A DNA stretch of 64,000 nt from Patescibacteria group bacterium (GCA_040384765.1 JAZKIQ010000005.1:358-64357); one strand, 5' to 3'; shown: positions 37,963-47,757, counted from the first letter of the stretch. A program made the numbers and translations. Notes: generated by a model not told the origin, from the sequence alone.

Positions 37963-38304
37963 CTAGAAACGCTTGGAATGTACGATCCCTTGAGACAAGG
38001 CAAAGGCAAGTGGGGGCCGCAAAAGAGGAGCTCGGGGAGCGTCCTGGGAGATCAGTGGGGCGTACGCAACATTTACGAGCCGAACGTGGACAAGAGACAC
38101 TGCAGCAAAAAGGATCGCAGCGAGCATGACAACAAACCACAGCTTCTTATCCCCCATATGGAAGTATGCTTCGATGCCTACCTCGGGCGCTGCATGAAAA
38201 TGCTCGTGATCTACGACAGCAGAGTGGAACGAAAAAAGGAGAAGCGTTGAAAACGCAACGTACAAACTGACTGGAATCTTGAATATTCTAGGAAGTCGAA
38301 ACAT
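37963..38304 (-). CDS. small His-rich membrane protein (VVDHEHFHAAPE motif); boundaries uncertain
   Basis: two TM segments flanking a His-rich loop; sits between fur and ycnI-like genes. Confidence 0.3.
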   Translation of the reverse strand: MFRLPRIFKIPVSLYVAFSTLLLFSFHSAVVDHEHFHAAPEVGIEAYFHMGDKKLWFVVMLAAILFAAVSLVHVRLVNVAYAPLISQDAPRAPLLRPPLAFALSQGIVHSKRF

Positions 38305-38734
38305 CGCAGCGTGTACAGATCCCAAACAGCTCAGAGGCATGATCTTCAATTCGAGCAAACTGCTTTGATTTTTTGAGCGCTTTTTTAGAAAAGGCTGCGA
38401 ATTCGCATCCATCATACTCCTCGGTGACACCGCACCTAGTACAGACCAGATGATGGTGATGCGTACGCTCATGTGCCCACTCGTAGTGCGCATGCCCATG
38501 GCGAAGATCTACCTGTCGAACAAAACCGGCTTTCTCAAAGGCGAAAAGAGTGCGATAGAGTGTCACCACGTCCGCCTTTTTACCGCCAAATGCCCGCTCA
38601 ATACCCTGAATACTCATCGGCTTCGCTTCCCGGGAAAGAAGTGCGGCAAGGCGAAGGCGAGCTGGAGTCGCCCTATATCCACTCTTTCGCATGAGCAGTT
38701 TGAGATCACCTTCTAGTACCGCAGCCTTTGACAT
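38288..38734 (-). CDS. fur: Fur-family metalloregulator (Fur/Zur/PerR)
   Basis: wHTH plus HHHHLVCTRCG...CxxC metal sites. Confidence 0.8.
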   Translation of the reverse strand: MSKAAVLEGDLKLLMRKSGYRATPARLRLAALLSREAKPMSIQGIERAFGGKKADVVTLYRTLFAFEKAGFVRQVDLRHGHAHYEWAHERTHHHHLVCTRCGVTEEYDGCEFAAFSKKALKKSKQFARIEDHASELFGICTRCDVSTS

Positions 38735-38771
38735 ATCGACATACTAACATCTGCTATTCGGTATATCAAAC

Positions 38772-38839
38772 GCAAATATATTGCATTTACTTGACTCGCG
38801 AGAAGTAACTCTATATACTCATATGCAACTAATTTGCAT
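38772..38839. promoter_or_regulatory. candidate Fur-family operators: GCAA-N5-TTGC (38772-38784) and ATGCAA-N5-TTGCAT (38823-38839) in divergent fur / ATPase promoter
   Basis: two related palindromic boxes overlapping AT-rich -10-like elements. Confidence 0.35.
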
Positions 38840-38850
38840 CTATATAAATC

Positions 38851-39801
38851 ATGAGAATCGCATTCGTTGGAAAAGGGGGAAGCGGGAAGAGCACGCTCTG
38901 TGCGCTCTTTATTCAATCTCTTCTTGCGAAAAAGTCACCCCTTTTGGCGATAGATGCAGATATTAATATGCATATGTCAGAGCTGCTCGGTATCGAGACC
39001 CCCTCTATCCCCCTTTCGCTCCCCGATCGAGCGATATCTATTCGGACATACTTAAAAGGCACCAATGATCGAATCTCAAAACTTTCCCAGTTCGTAAAAA
39101 CGACCCCTCCCGGAAAAGGCTCGAGCATCATCTCACTCTCAAAAAACGATCCCTTTCTCATCACCTATACCGACCAGTTTTCTCTCAATGCCTACTACGC
39201 TCGAGTTGGTTCATATACAGAAGATGATATTGGAGCGACGTGCTACCATGGGCACCTTTCGATATTTGAAAATATCCTGACCCATAGCATTTTGGGCGAA
39301 AATGAATGGCTCGTTGCTGATATGGTGGCGGGAGTAGACGCCTTTTCAAACTCACTCCACGGACAGTTTGACCTGCTTGTTCTCGTGACCGAGCCCTCAC
39401 CAGAGGGTATTGCCGTATTTGACCAGTTTAAAACACTTGCCCAGAAAGCGGGCGTTTGGGACCGAGTAGTTGTCGTCGGAAACAAGCTTGAAAACTCGGA
39501 AGACTACGCATATCTCAAAGAAAGGATAGGCGCAAAAATGCTCGGCAGTGCCACTCGAAGCATGGCGATCAAATCTACTCGTCAAAAAGGGCTTCCCTTA
39601 CGAGGAATAGCTCTTGATCCATCTACAGAAGATGTCCTAACAAAAGTGGAGGAGCAAGCCCTTGTGAACTACCTTTCCCCTATTCTGCGGCTTCGAAAAA
39701 TAGAGGAGCTCCATCGTGCCTTTTCCCGTGTCGATTGGGTGACTGAAACACATGGAGATATTTCCGGCCAGATTGATCCTGATTTCGCGCTTCTCTCATG
39801 A
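38851..39801 (+). CDS. MinD/ParA-superfamily P-loop ATPase, CooC-like (metal-centre assembly type)
   Basis: deviant Walker A IAFVGKGGSGKST, DADINMHM motif. Confidence 0.55.
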   Translation: MRIAFVGKGGSGKSTLCALFIQSLLAKKSPLLAIDADINMHMSELLGIETPSIPLSLPDRAISIRTYLKGTNDRISKLSQFVKTTPPGKGSSIISLSKNDPFLITYTDQFSLNAYYARVGSYTEDDIGATCYHGHLSIFENILTHSILGENEWLVADMVAGVDAFSNSLHGQFDLLVLVTEPSPEGIAVFDQFKTLAQKAGVWDRVVVVGNKLENSEDYAYLKERIGAKMLGSATRSMAIKSTRQKGLPLRGIALDPSTEDVLTKVEEQALVNYLSPILRLRKIEELHRAFSRVDWVTETHGDISGQIDPDFALLS

Positions 39802-40952
39802 CCGACCCGCTTACCATCACAGGCATACATCTCAAAAAGAAGGGGTTCGATACTCTACCCGCTTTTTCTTTCACACCAAACGACCCTCAAGCGATGAACA
39901 TAACGCTCTTCACCAACTGTTGCATCTACGATACCCCAGCTGGACATAATGAAAGTGACACCAAATCGTACTACAAACCTACCGGGAGAAAACATCTCGT
40001 AAACATTACCGCTCGAGCAGCACTTTTACTGACCGAAAAGGGAGCGCGAGTTATTGTGCATCTGCCAGAGGGCGTGGGCAACCGAGTACGCGAACTGTTC
40101 TCCCTGCACCCGAACGCGAGCGCAATCACCTTTATCGAGGGAGACCTTGCATCCCTCTCATTTGTAGGCGAGCTATACAGCGCTCTCCGAGAAATAGCGC
40201 GCAAGCAACCCGTTGGACAGCTCTCTATCTGCCTGTACGACTCTTTTGCAGCCGGCCGCAAAAAGCCGTTTGCACCGATGATAGAAGAATCCTTGGAAGA
40301 TGTTACCCGCTGTGCCGTCACTCGTCTCGCTGTTTTTACGACCCTCAGCGATCTGTCACATGATCTGCTCCTGAACAAAGGTCTCCTCGAGCTCCGCCTG
40401 GTGGTACCTACGGCTCTTGCTGCTCGGCGAGCATCAGCACACCTCTTTACAGACACTGTACACAAAGTCCTCTCTACGACCGCATTGCGCACTCTTGCCT
40501 ATGAACTGTCGCACTATACAGGCAAAAATGCGGTGATCGTGGAGCTAATGCCAGGCATCGTCGACACCGGCATGTATGACGACCAAGAGGTGATCCGAAC
40601 AGTACAGGAAGAGGCGGCTCTTGATGGATTTCCTTTTGCGTACCCAAACGAAACGCTTCCCATGCTTTCACCAGACGAGATCGCAGAAGTGATCGTGCTC
40701 TATCTATCTACATCTGTCGGCAAAAAACCGAAAGCAGATTCTCGTCTGGAAAATCTGACAACGGCGGGCAGATCCCAAATGGAGGTAGCACAGCTTCTCC
40801 AAAAGAGCTTCTCGCAAGAAGGACCGTCCCTTTGGGTGGAAAAACTACTTCCCGACTATTGCTACGTGCCGGAGGCTACGTGGGGAACATTTCCCCCGCT
40901 TCGGTACGGATATATACCGATACCCCTTACTCCAAAAGGGCAGCTTTTCTAG
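39798..40952 (+). CDS. hypothetical protein translationally coupled (ATGA overlap) to CooC-like ATPase
   Basis: 384 aa; weak SDR-like C-terminal segment VELMPGIVDTGMY. Confidence 0.45.
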   Translation: MTDPLTITGIHLKKKGFDTLPAFSFTPNDPQAMNITLFTNCCIYDTPAGHNESDTKSYYKPTGRKHLVNITARAALLLTEKGARVIVHLPEGVGNRVRELFSLHPNASAITFIEGDLASLSFVGELYSALREIARKQPVGQLSICLYDSFAAGRKKPFAPMIEESLEDVTRCAVTRLAVFTTLSDLSHDLLLNKGLLELRLVVPTALAARRASAHLFTDTVHKVLSTTALRTLAYELSHYTGKNAVIVELMPGIVDTGMYDDQEVIRTVQEEAALDGFPFAYPNETLPMLSPDEIAEVIVLYLSTSVGKKPKADSRLENLTTAGRSQMEVAQLLQKSFSQEGPSLWVEKLLPDYCYVPEATWGTFPPLRYGYIPIPLTPKGQLF

Positions 40953-40962
40953 AGGTCAAATG

Positions 40963-42804
40963 TTAGTTTAGCTTTTGCTTTTCCCACAGCGTAAAGAATC
41001 GGCCGCGACGGGCATACAGCTCTTCAAAGCTTCCCTCCTCAAGAATAGTGCCGTTTTCAAACACAATAATTCGATCCATCTCTTTGATAGTAGAAAGGCG
41101 ATGCGCGATAACAACAGCAGTCACCTTTTCAAAAAAGCGGTGAAGCGAATCTTGAATGCGCTGTTCACTCTCGATATCAAGATGCGACGTTGCCTCGTCG
41201 AGGAGCAAGATCTCGGGCTCCTTGAACACAGCCCTCGCAAGCCCAAGCCGCTGACGCTCGCCACCCGAAAGCTTCACCCCTTTTTCGCCAATAAGCGTAT
41301 CCGGCCCAAGAGGAAGCTTGTGAAGAAAATCGGTGACATGCGCAATATCGAGCGATCTCTTAAAGAGGGCGCCGTCTTGCTCCTTTGCCATATTTGAAAT
41401 AACCACATTGTCGTGAAGGGATAGATTGAACACCTCCGTCTCTTGCAACACTGCAGCAACCCGCTCGAAATAGGAAAGTTTGCTTATCCGGCGGAGAGGA
41501 ACATCATCGATAAGAATATCCCCCGTATAGTTTTCGTACTCCTTGAGGAGAAGCTTGAAAAGCGTGGATTTCCCCGCGCCAGAAAGCCCGACAATACCCA
41601 CCTTTTCACCCCGTCGAAGTGTGAAGGATACTCCGGACAGAACAGGCTGCTTGTTGTATGAAAATGAAAGATTTCGAAGCTCGATCGCGTGCCACTCTTT
41701 TGGGAAACGACGCTTGCCACGATCGTTCTCTATGCCGACCGGTTCGTCGAGAAGCTCCTTTAGCCGAGCAATCGATGCTTTTGCGATAACAATCTCCTGG
41801 CTTATATTCGCCAAGTTTTCGATGGCACTCCAAAAATATGAATAGTACCCATAGTAGAGCACGAGGAAGCCAACCGTTTGCTGTCCCTTGGTAATCTGCC
41901 ACACAATATAGGCCGCAGAAGCAACGCGAAACCCTTGCCCCCAGATATTCTTTGTAAGGCTCGCCGTTTGAAACCACCACATGCGCTCTTCGATTTTTAT
42001 GCGAAGGTCAGATGATTTTTCCCGAATTCGCCGCATAAGCCACGGCCCCATGGACATCACCTTCACGCTACGCATATTGCCAATCGATTCAAAGAGAAGA
42101 CCGCTCATCTCCTCCTGGGCCTCGTTCACAATACGCGCACGATCTGCGGCTCGCTTGGTAAAGTAGCTCGCGATTATGGCATACGAAATAGTAAAAAGGG
42201 CGATCGAAAGAGTGAGCGGCAGATCAAATTGGGAAAGGACAAACAAAATACCGACGGAGTTTACTCCAATGGAGATGATGTTTACGATCCAGATACGCAG
42301 TATCTGGTAGATAGACTCGCCACCACGCTCAATGCGCTTGAGCTTGTTTCCCGTATTTTCGCGCTCATGCCACGCGATATCGAGCCGAAACAGCTTCCCT
42401 ATTGCCTCCTCCTGCACCTTCAGATACACACGCTCAGCAATGGCAAAGCCGTGCATCTGGGAGATATATATCGACAGATGTCTCCATATCGACACAACCA
42501 CCCACAACGAAACAATAGTGAAGATCACGCGGGTATCTGCACCCAGGGTATACGCACCGAGCAGGGTTACGAGCTGTGAGAGCGCATACGCAGGGTAGAG
42601 CCATGAGATCTCGGAAAGAAGCCGGATGATGGTCACTCCGAGAAAGTCGATCTTATGTTCACCCAGAAAACCGAGCATGTCACGAGCAAGAGCCCTATTT
42701 GAATAGGGCGCAGCCTTTTCTCGGGCCATCTTGTCAGAGGGCAGATCAGAATGGAGAAAGCTCATCAGTTTTAGTATACCAAATGACCTAAAGGGGAAAT
42801 TCAA
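40963..42804 (-). CDS. ABC exporter, fused permease/ATPase (MsbA-like)
   Basis: 6 TM plus Walker A GLSGAGKST, signature LSGGERQRLGLARA, Walker B ILLLDEATS. Confidence 0.85.
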   Translation of the reverse strand: MNFPFRSFGILKLMSFLHSDLPSDKMAREKAAPYSNRALARDMLGFLGEHKIDFLGVTIIRLLSEISWLYPAYALSQLVTLLGAYTLGADTRVIFTIVSLWVVVSIWRHLSIYISQMHGFAIAERVYLKVQEEAIGKLFRLDIAWHERENTGNKLKRIERGGESIYQILRIWIVNIISIGVNSVGILFVLSQFDLPLTLSIALFTISYAIIASYFTKRAADRARIVNEAQEEMSGLLFESIGNMRSVKVMSMGPWLMRRIREKSSDLRIKIEERMWWFQTASLTKNIWGQGFRVASAAYIVWQITKGQQTVGFLVLYYGYYSYFWSAIENLANISQEIVIAKASIARLKELLDEPVGIENDRGKRRFPKEWHAIELRNLSFSYNKQPVLSGVSFTLRRGEKVGIVGLSGAGKSTLFKLLLKEYENYTGDILIDDVPLRRISKLSYFERVAAVLQETEVFNLSLHDNVVISNMAKEQDGALFKRSLDIAHVTDFLHKLPLGPDTLIGEKGVKLSGGERQRLGLARAVFKEPEILLLDEATSHLDIESEQRIQDSLHRFFEKVTAVVIAHRLSTIKEMDRIIVFENGTILEEGSFEELYARRGRFFTLWEKQKLN

Positions 42805-43279
42805 GGGTCATGCTCCCCTCATGCGGAAGCGAATTCCATTCACCCAAGAGCTCACGCATTCGGTTTTGCACTTTTTCAATAAGCTGCTCGGTGCACCATG
42901 CAGGAACTACCTCACCTTTTGCACTGGCAATATTAGAGAGGACAGCAATCGCATCCTTGGCAGAGGCTCCACCGCGCACAACACCAGTCAGTACTCCTAC
43001 CACCATTTCAGTAGTGCCTGCTTCGGTACTGGAAGCCAGGAATATCTTTTCGGGAGAAGGATCTTCCATCCTCATTGAAAGTTCTTTAAGGGCTTTTCCT
43101 GCTGCAAGAGAGCCCCAAAATGAGTTTCTTAGATCGGCGAGAGTTTCTACGCAATAGTGGAGGAAGTCGTGAAAAAGAAACGTTTTTGTATTGAGGACAG
43201 CTTGTTCTCTCGTACCATTTTCCCGAACGAGCTCCAGCGTATGTTCCTCATACCGAAGCTTTGTAAGCTTGATCTTCAT
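42788..43279 (-). CDS. hypothetical protein; start ATG directly abuts family-A repeat arm
   Basis: ~163 aa from MKIKLTKL; ORF-track start 43303 reads through the repeat arm. Confidence 0.45.
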   Translation of the reverse strand: MKIKLTKLRYEEHTLELVRENGTREQAVLNTKTFLFHDFLHYCVETLADLRNSFWGSLAAGKALKELSMRMEDPSPEKIFLASSTEAGTTEMVVGVLTGVVRGGASAKDAIAVLSNIASAKGEVVPAWCTEQLIEKVQNRMRELLGEWNSLPHEGSMTLEFPL

Positions 43280-43384
43280 CCCGTTAGAAATTTTAGTTAG
43301 CAAAGATCACTCTATCCACAAAACAGTGATAATGGAATAAATGGTTAAACAATGAAGTACTCTTTCTATTTCTAACGGGACTCA
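43277..43384. repeat. family-A inverted-repeat element copy 1
   Basis: catcccgttagaaat ... atttctaacgggactcat; left arm supplies/abuts ATG of gene 42788-43279. Confidence 0.6.
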
Positions 43385-43468
43385 TCCCGAGAGAATAGCA
43401 CAGCACATTAGACAAAAGAAAAACCGCGAGCACTAGTGCTCGCGGCCAACCAAAAAACTAACTATGAA

Positions 43469-44413
43469 TTACGCTTCACGCACCTTGGGAACTACGACGA
43501 GCCGGCCGAGGGGCATTTCACCTCGATGGTATGCATGGAGTGCGTTCCACTCCTTGCAGCGCTCGTTGAGCCACCCGTGCACTTCATCCGGGCCCGGCAT
43601 CTCGGCGAACGGAATCTCCTTCATGTGAAGAAAGATCGACGCTCCGATCAGGTTAGGGGCCTGTTTGTAGGAGTGGAGGTCGACATTCGGGATGAAAGCC
43701 GACATCACCACCCGCACGTTAAGGCCTGCCTCCTTGGCCTTCCTGAGCTCCTCGAGCACTCCTATGAGCGCGCCTGCCCTGGGTACGCTCGTATAGCGCA
43801 TCCAGTCAGAGATCCCCGGGATCTTCTTCGCGTACTCCACCAGATCCCTTTTGTGGCGACCTGGCTTCCACCGCTGATCTGGGAACAACACAATTCCAGA
43901 GCCGGGCCGGATCTTTCCCTTGATCCACCGCTCGATCCAGCTGCGGGTTTTTTCAGTGCTTGCGCGACTCACGGGTACCGCGGCACCAAGTGCGAGCAGT
44001 GTCCATGAGAGGAATGGATTGAGCACGAGGAGCGCGCTCTTAATCACTACGACCATGTCTCGGGTGAGATAGGTCGTCATGAAATATCCGTACGTCGGGA
44101 TGAGCATCTCCGGCGGATGCGGACCCAGGAGAAGCAGCACATCGCGCTCCCCTGCTGGCGCCACCACATCACCACACAGGTACAGCTTGGCCCCACATAT
44201 CCCCTCGACTGAGGTTTTATGTGAAAGGCGGCAGAATGAGCTGATCACCGACCGAAGCGGACTCGACCCACTGCCAGCGTTCCCGGTAACCGGCGAACGG
44301 AACAAGCACCACGCGATGAACAGAGCTCCTCCAAGAGTGCCGTAGAGACCGTGCACCGCAAGAAGGAAGAAAACCACTCCGAGCGCGAAGTATCCTCGGA
44401 CGTACCGAAGCAT
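43469..44413 (-). CDS. membrane acyltransferase (LPLAT/PlsC-like)
   Basis: N-terminal TM; IVLFPDQRWKPG resembles the acyltransferase FPEGTR motif; GC-rich, strong SD ggaggtg. Confidence 0.4.
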   Translation of the reverse strand: MLRYVRGYFALGVVFFLLAVHGLYGTLGGALFIAWCLFRSPVTGNAGSGSSPLRSVISSFCRLSHKTSVEGICGAKLYLCGDVVAPAGERDVLLLLGPHPPEMLIPTYGYFMTTYLTRDMVVVIKSALLVLNPFLSWTLLALGAAVPVSRASTEKTRSWIERWIKGKIRPGSGIVLFPDQRWKPGRHKRDLVEYAKKIPGISDWMRYTSVPRAGALIGVLEELRKAKEAGLNVRVVMSAFIPNVDLHSYKQAPNLIGASIFLHMKEIPFAEMPGPDEVHGWLNERCKEWNALHAYHRGEMPLGRLVVVPKVREA

Positions 44414-44478
44414 GCGACCACCTCCAAAAACATTAGAACATACTTTTCATAAAGTATCAAGCGGCTCGCAATATCTTC

Positions 44479-44901
44479 CTACCGCTTTTTGACCTCAAAC
44501 ATAAACCGATACTGCACCATTGGCACCTCGACTCCGGCACGTTTCTCGCCGGGCTCCACGCGAAGAAATGTAATCGTCTCAGCTTCTGTCGTGATACTTT
44601 CGCCGAGCTTAAACACCACGACACTCTTGCCTAGTCCGCTTTCAAGATCTGCCTCCACGCGCACCGTGCCAGCCTGAATGCACTGTACATCCATTGGGCA
44701 GCGGCTATCTTCGAGCAGCTTACGCGGCACGATACGCACGCCGAGCGCGCGTGCCTCCTCATCGATCGAAGCAGAAAACTCAACCTTCTTTTCGCACGAT
44801 GAGTCCTTGCAAGCGTCACCCTGCATACCCACCCATGTCGCTCCTCCAAGGATAATGAGCAGGGCCGCCGCTCCTGCTACAAGCGATGTTTTATTGTTCA
44901 T
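44479..44901 (-). CDS. secreted hypothetical protein (signal peptide, paired Cys)
   Basis: MNNKTSLVAGAAALLIILGG signal peptide. Confidence 0.45.
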   Translation of the reverse strand: MNNKTSLVAGAAALLIILGGATWVGMQGDACKDSSCEKKVEFSASIDEEARALGVRIVPRKLLEDSRCPMDVQCIQAGTVRVEADLESGLGKSVVVFKLGESITTEAETITFLRVEPGEKRAGVEVPMVQYRFMFEVKKR

Positions 44902-45007
44902 AGAGATGACTCTACCACACGAACTGGCCCGATCGCGCAAAAGAAAAACCGTCTAAACGCGTCACACAACATAGGTCGGGATACACAACCAATGCACTTA
45001 ATCTTAT

Positions 45008-45214
45008 ATGCAAAGCGAAACAAACCAACAGTACGTAGAAAAATATATTTCAGGGGTCGGCTTTCCAGCAACAAAGGAGCGAATTGTATCGCATGCCAAA
45101 AGCCAGGATGCTCCACAAAACGTGGTCGATGCACTTGAAAAAATAGACAACCGAGAGTACGGAGGTCCGGTAGACCTCGCAGGAGAGATCAGCAGCAAGA
45201 CGGACGTACAGTAG
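45008..45214 (+). CDS. DUF2795 small protein
   Basis: YISGVGFPATKERIVSHAKSQDAPQNVVDALEKIDNREYGGPVDL matches DUF2795 pattern. Confidence 0.55.
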   Translation: MQSETNQQYVEKYISGVGFPATKERIVSHAKSQDAPQNVVDALEKIDNREYGGPVDLAGEISSKTDVQ

Positions 45215-45217
45215 TTG

Positions 45218-46288
45218 CTAGAGGCGCTCTTCAACAAGGGGCGCCGGAGCGTCAACTCGCTCAATTACAAACTTCACCCTACCCAAGCGCTGGCCGCGAA
45301 GGGTCTCGATATTCACCCGCCATTCTCCAGAGCTCGCGTTTGATTTCCACGAATACCCTCGATATCCATAGTCCTGACCTCCGATAATCGGAAACTGAAC
45401 ACGGCTCTCGAGAACCCAACTGCGAGTGGTCTCGTCGTATCGCTCCCAGCGATGCACGATAGAGGTACCGAAATGTGTGGGGGCAAAAACTGCCGAGAAT
45501 ATATAGGGCGATTCTATCGCAGTGAGATGCAGGACTGGCCTTCGCCATGCGAGAAACCATGGATACTCTTCACGCTCCACACGATATCCGCCCTGCACAC
45601 GTGCAACCGAGTGGTATGCGCCAACATCGTGAAGTGCGAGCGGCAAGGGTGGAATAAGGTTGGCAAAGTAAAGAACGTTGAGCAGAACAAAGAGAGAAAC
45701 AAGCGTAATGCCAAGGCGTGTCTTTCGTGTCCTCACTCGCTCGGGAACAAACGAATCGAGGAACCTAACAAATAGATACGTGACCACAAGCGCGAGCATT
45801 CCAGAGAGTACGAATATCTGATCGCTCATCTTTCCCACAAGAATCGGTATGTAGAAAATGAGGAAAAGAAAAAGAGCGAGGAAGAAGAAATTTATCTGAA
45901 GAAGAAGACGCGTGTAATGTTTTTTTGCAAACTCATTTGAAATAAGGAGTGCGAGCAGCGCCAAAAGAAACGGCCAGCTTTGGGCTATCGAGCCGCTATG
46001 GAAGTAGTAAAGAAAAAAGCGCCCAAACAGACCTCCAAAGGAAAACTGCATGGCAATGAAGAGCCACGCGTATGTCTCGCGCCCAAAAAACTTGACCCGC
46101 CCCTCTTCATAGAGATTGATAATAAAAATCCCAAAGGCTACGATCGCCAGATACGTAAAGAGGAGGACGTGATTTATGAAGAGGTCGATTCGAACAAGCG
46201 TAATCGAATCGAAAAGGAAACCAAGCAGTATCGAGCCGGCAGAGATTCGACGCTCGTACTGTTCATAGAACTCACGGACGCGACGCAT
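45218..46288 (-). CDS. polytopic membrane protein, unknown function
   Basis: 356 aa, ~8 TM. Confidence 0.5.
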   Translation of the reverse strand: MRRVREFYEQYERRISAGSILLGFLFDSITLVRIDLFINHVLLFTYLAIVAFGIFIINLYEEGRVKFFGRETYAWLFIAMQFSFGGLFGRFFLYYFHSGSIAQSWPFLLALLALLISNEFAKKHYTRLLLQINFFFLALFLFLIFYIPILVGKMSDQIFVLSGMLALVVTYLFVRFLDSFVPERVRTRKTRLGITLVSLFVLLNVLYFANLIPPLPLALHDVGAYHSVARVQGGYRVEREEYPWFLAWRRPVLHLTAIESPYIFSAVFAPTHFGTSIVHRWERYDETTRSWVLESRVQFPIIGGQDYGYRGYSWKSNASSGEWRVNIETLRGQRLGRVKFVIERVDAPAPLVEERL

Positions 46289-46307
46289 GTACCTAGCATA
46301 TCACGAG

Positions 46308-46410
46308 CAAGAGCTCAGTTGTCAGAGTTCAGAGTTCAGCCAAACAAAAGAGCGACGCCCTACGGGCGTCGCTCTTTTACTAAACTCTGAACTCTAATCT
46401 CTGAGCTCTG
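46308..46410. repeat. family-B cluster copy 4 with embedded terminator-like hairpin agagcgacgccc-tac-gggcgtcgctct-tttt
   Basis: caagagctcagttgtcagagttcagagttcagcc...ttttactaaactctgaactctaatctctgagctctg. Confidence 0.6.
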
Positions 46411-46413
46411 GCA

Positions 46414-47757
46414 CTAAAACACCGTGACCGTGGAGTTTACGCTACCGTTGGTAAAGCCAAAGGGGGCTGTGGCATTGAACAGTATTGGGAACGTCCCACG
46501 CTGGTTGTACGTGTGGGTAAACGTAAGAGTCTGTACCCCTGGGTTTGATACTGTTTGCACCGAAGAAAAAGTCGAAGAGAAGCCACTCTGCAGCTCATCA
46601 CCCCAGCGCGCCAAAAGAGTGATCTGTCCTCCTGTCGTGTTGTTTACCGTAACGGTCCAGGTGCCCGTAGAGCCAAGGGCGAGCGAGCTTGGGCCGTTTA
46701 CGCTTGTGATAAGGCCGCCAAAGGTCTGGTTGAACTGCTGGTTAGACTGACCACCAAAAAACGGACTGTTTGTCGTGAGGACAAATGGGAGTGAGTTGCT
46801 CCGCACGCCGCTGGTGCCACTTGAAACTGAAATGTCGTACGAACCGGGAGCAATAAGCTGAGAGCTACAGTTGAATGAGCAGTTGCTTGGGAAGAAGGTT
46901 GCGGGTACACGAAACGAGAGCGTTGTACCGTTCGAAGAGCTGAGCTGCTGATCCGTGATCGAGATCCCCCCAAACTGCACGATGTTTCCTGAAGGCGCAA
47001 ACCCCGAGCCCACAATCGTGACGATCTGCCCTGCTGTTCCCGAACTGTTCGAAAGCGAGGTGATCGTAGGAGTGCTGTTATATCCGTAGTACGGATAGTT
47101 CTGGCTATACTGATTTTGACCAGAGTACTGGTATGCGCTGTTGTAGCTATTGGTGTAGGTGTATGGATACGTGTACTGAGAGCCATACTGGTTGTATCCG
47201 TACAGGTTGTTTGGGTACTGACCAGTGTACTGATACGCACCGCTCGAGTACGGATTGTTTCCGTACGGCTGGTACATCCAGTTCTGATAGTCATTCTGAT
47301 ACGAGTTGTATGCACCGTATGTCGAACATGCTGCAGCTATCGCAGAGCGTGTCTGTGGGCCCACGGTGCCTGTTGGCGTAATGCCATTGCGAGACTGATA
47401 GATTGCTACCGCCGACTGTGTGTTCACATCGTAATATCCACTTACCACAAGATTTCCTACACCAAGGTTCTGAGCGAGGAGAAATGACTGGAGGCTTGTT
47501 ACGCTCGAGTCGCCAAAAGCAGAATCGGTTGAACCAAGCGAGAGATCACGCGAGACGGTAGGACACGAAGAACCATAAGGGCCGTTATTGTACGGGGAGT
47601 ACCCAGAGTACTGAGTACCGTACCCATACTGCGGATAGTAGCCATAAAACTGAGCAAGCACAGCACTACTTCCCAAGATCACAGCTCCAAGGGCCAAAAA
47701 CAGCTGAAATACAGGGTTTTTAAGGACATTTTTAGTCATTATAGTTAGTTTGGTCAA
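46414..47757 (-). CDS. secreted peptidoglycan-binding-domain protein with long Y/N/Q/S/G-rich low-complexity region
   Basis: signal peptide; PG_binding_1-like LQSFLLAQNLGVGNLVVSGYYDVNTQSAVAIYQSRNGITPTGTVGPQTRSAI; prion-like Y/N/Q repeats. Confidence 0.55.
   Translation of the reverse strand: MTKLTIMTKNVLKNPVFQLFLALGAVILGSSAVLAQFYGYYPQYGYGTQYSGYSPYNNGPYGSSCPTVSRDLSLGSTDSAFGDSSVTSLQSFLLAQNLGVGNLVVSGYYDVNTQSAVAIYQSRNGITPTGTVGPQTRSAIAAACSTYGAYNSYQNDYQNWMYQPYGNNPYSSGAYQYTGQYPNNLYGYNQYGSQYTYPYTYTNSYNSAYQYSGQNQYSQNYPYYGYNSTPTITSLSNSSGTAGQIVTIVGSGFAPSGNIVQFGGISITDQQLSSSNGTTLSFRVPATFFPSNCSFNCSSQLIAPGSYDISVSSGTSGVRSNSLPFVLTTNSPFFGGQSNQQFNQTFGGLITSVNGPSSLALGSTGTWTVTVNNTTGGQITLLARWGDELQSGFSSTFSSVQTVSNPGVQTLTFTHTYNQRGTFPILFNATAPFGFTNGSVNSTVTVF

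Noticed and set aside
37963-38499. Full-length 178-aa ORF 37963-38499
   Set aside because: The N-terminal two-thirds overlaps the well-supported Fur-family gene. Only the C-terminal His-rich membrane segment from Met 38304 is retained, at low confidence.
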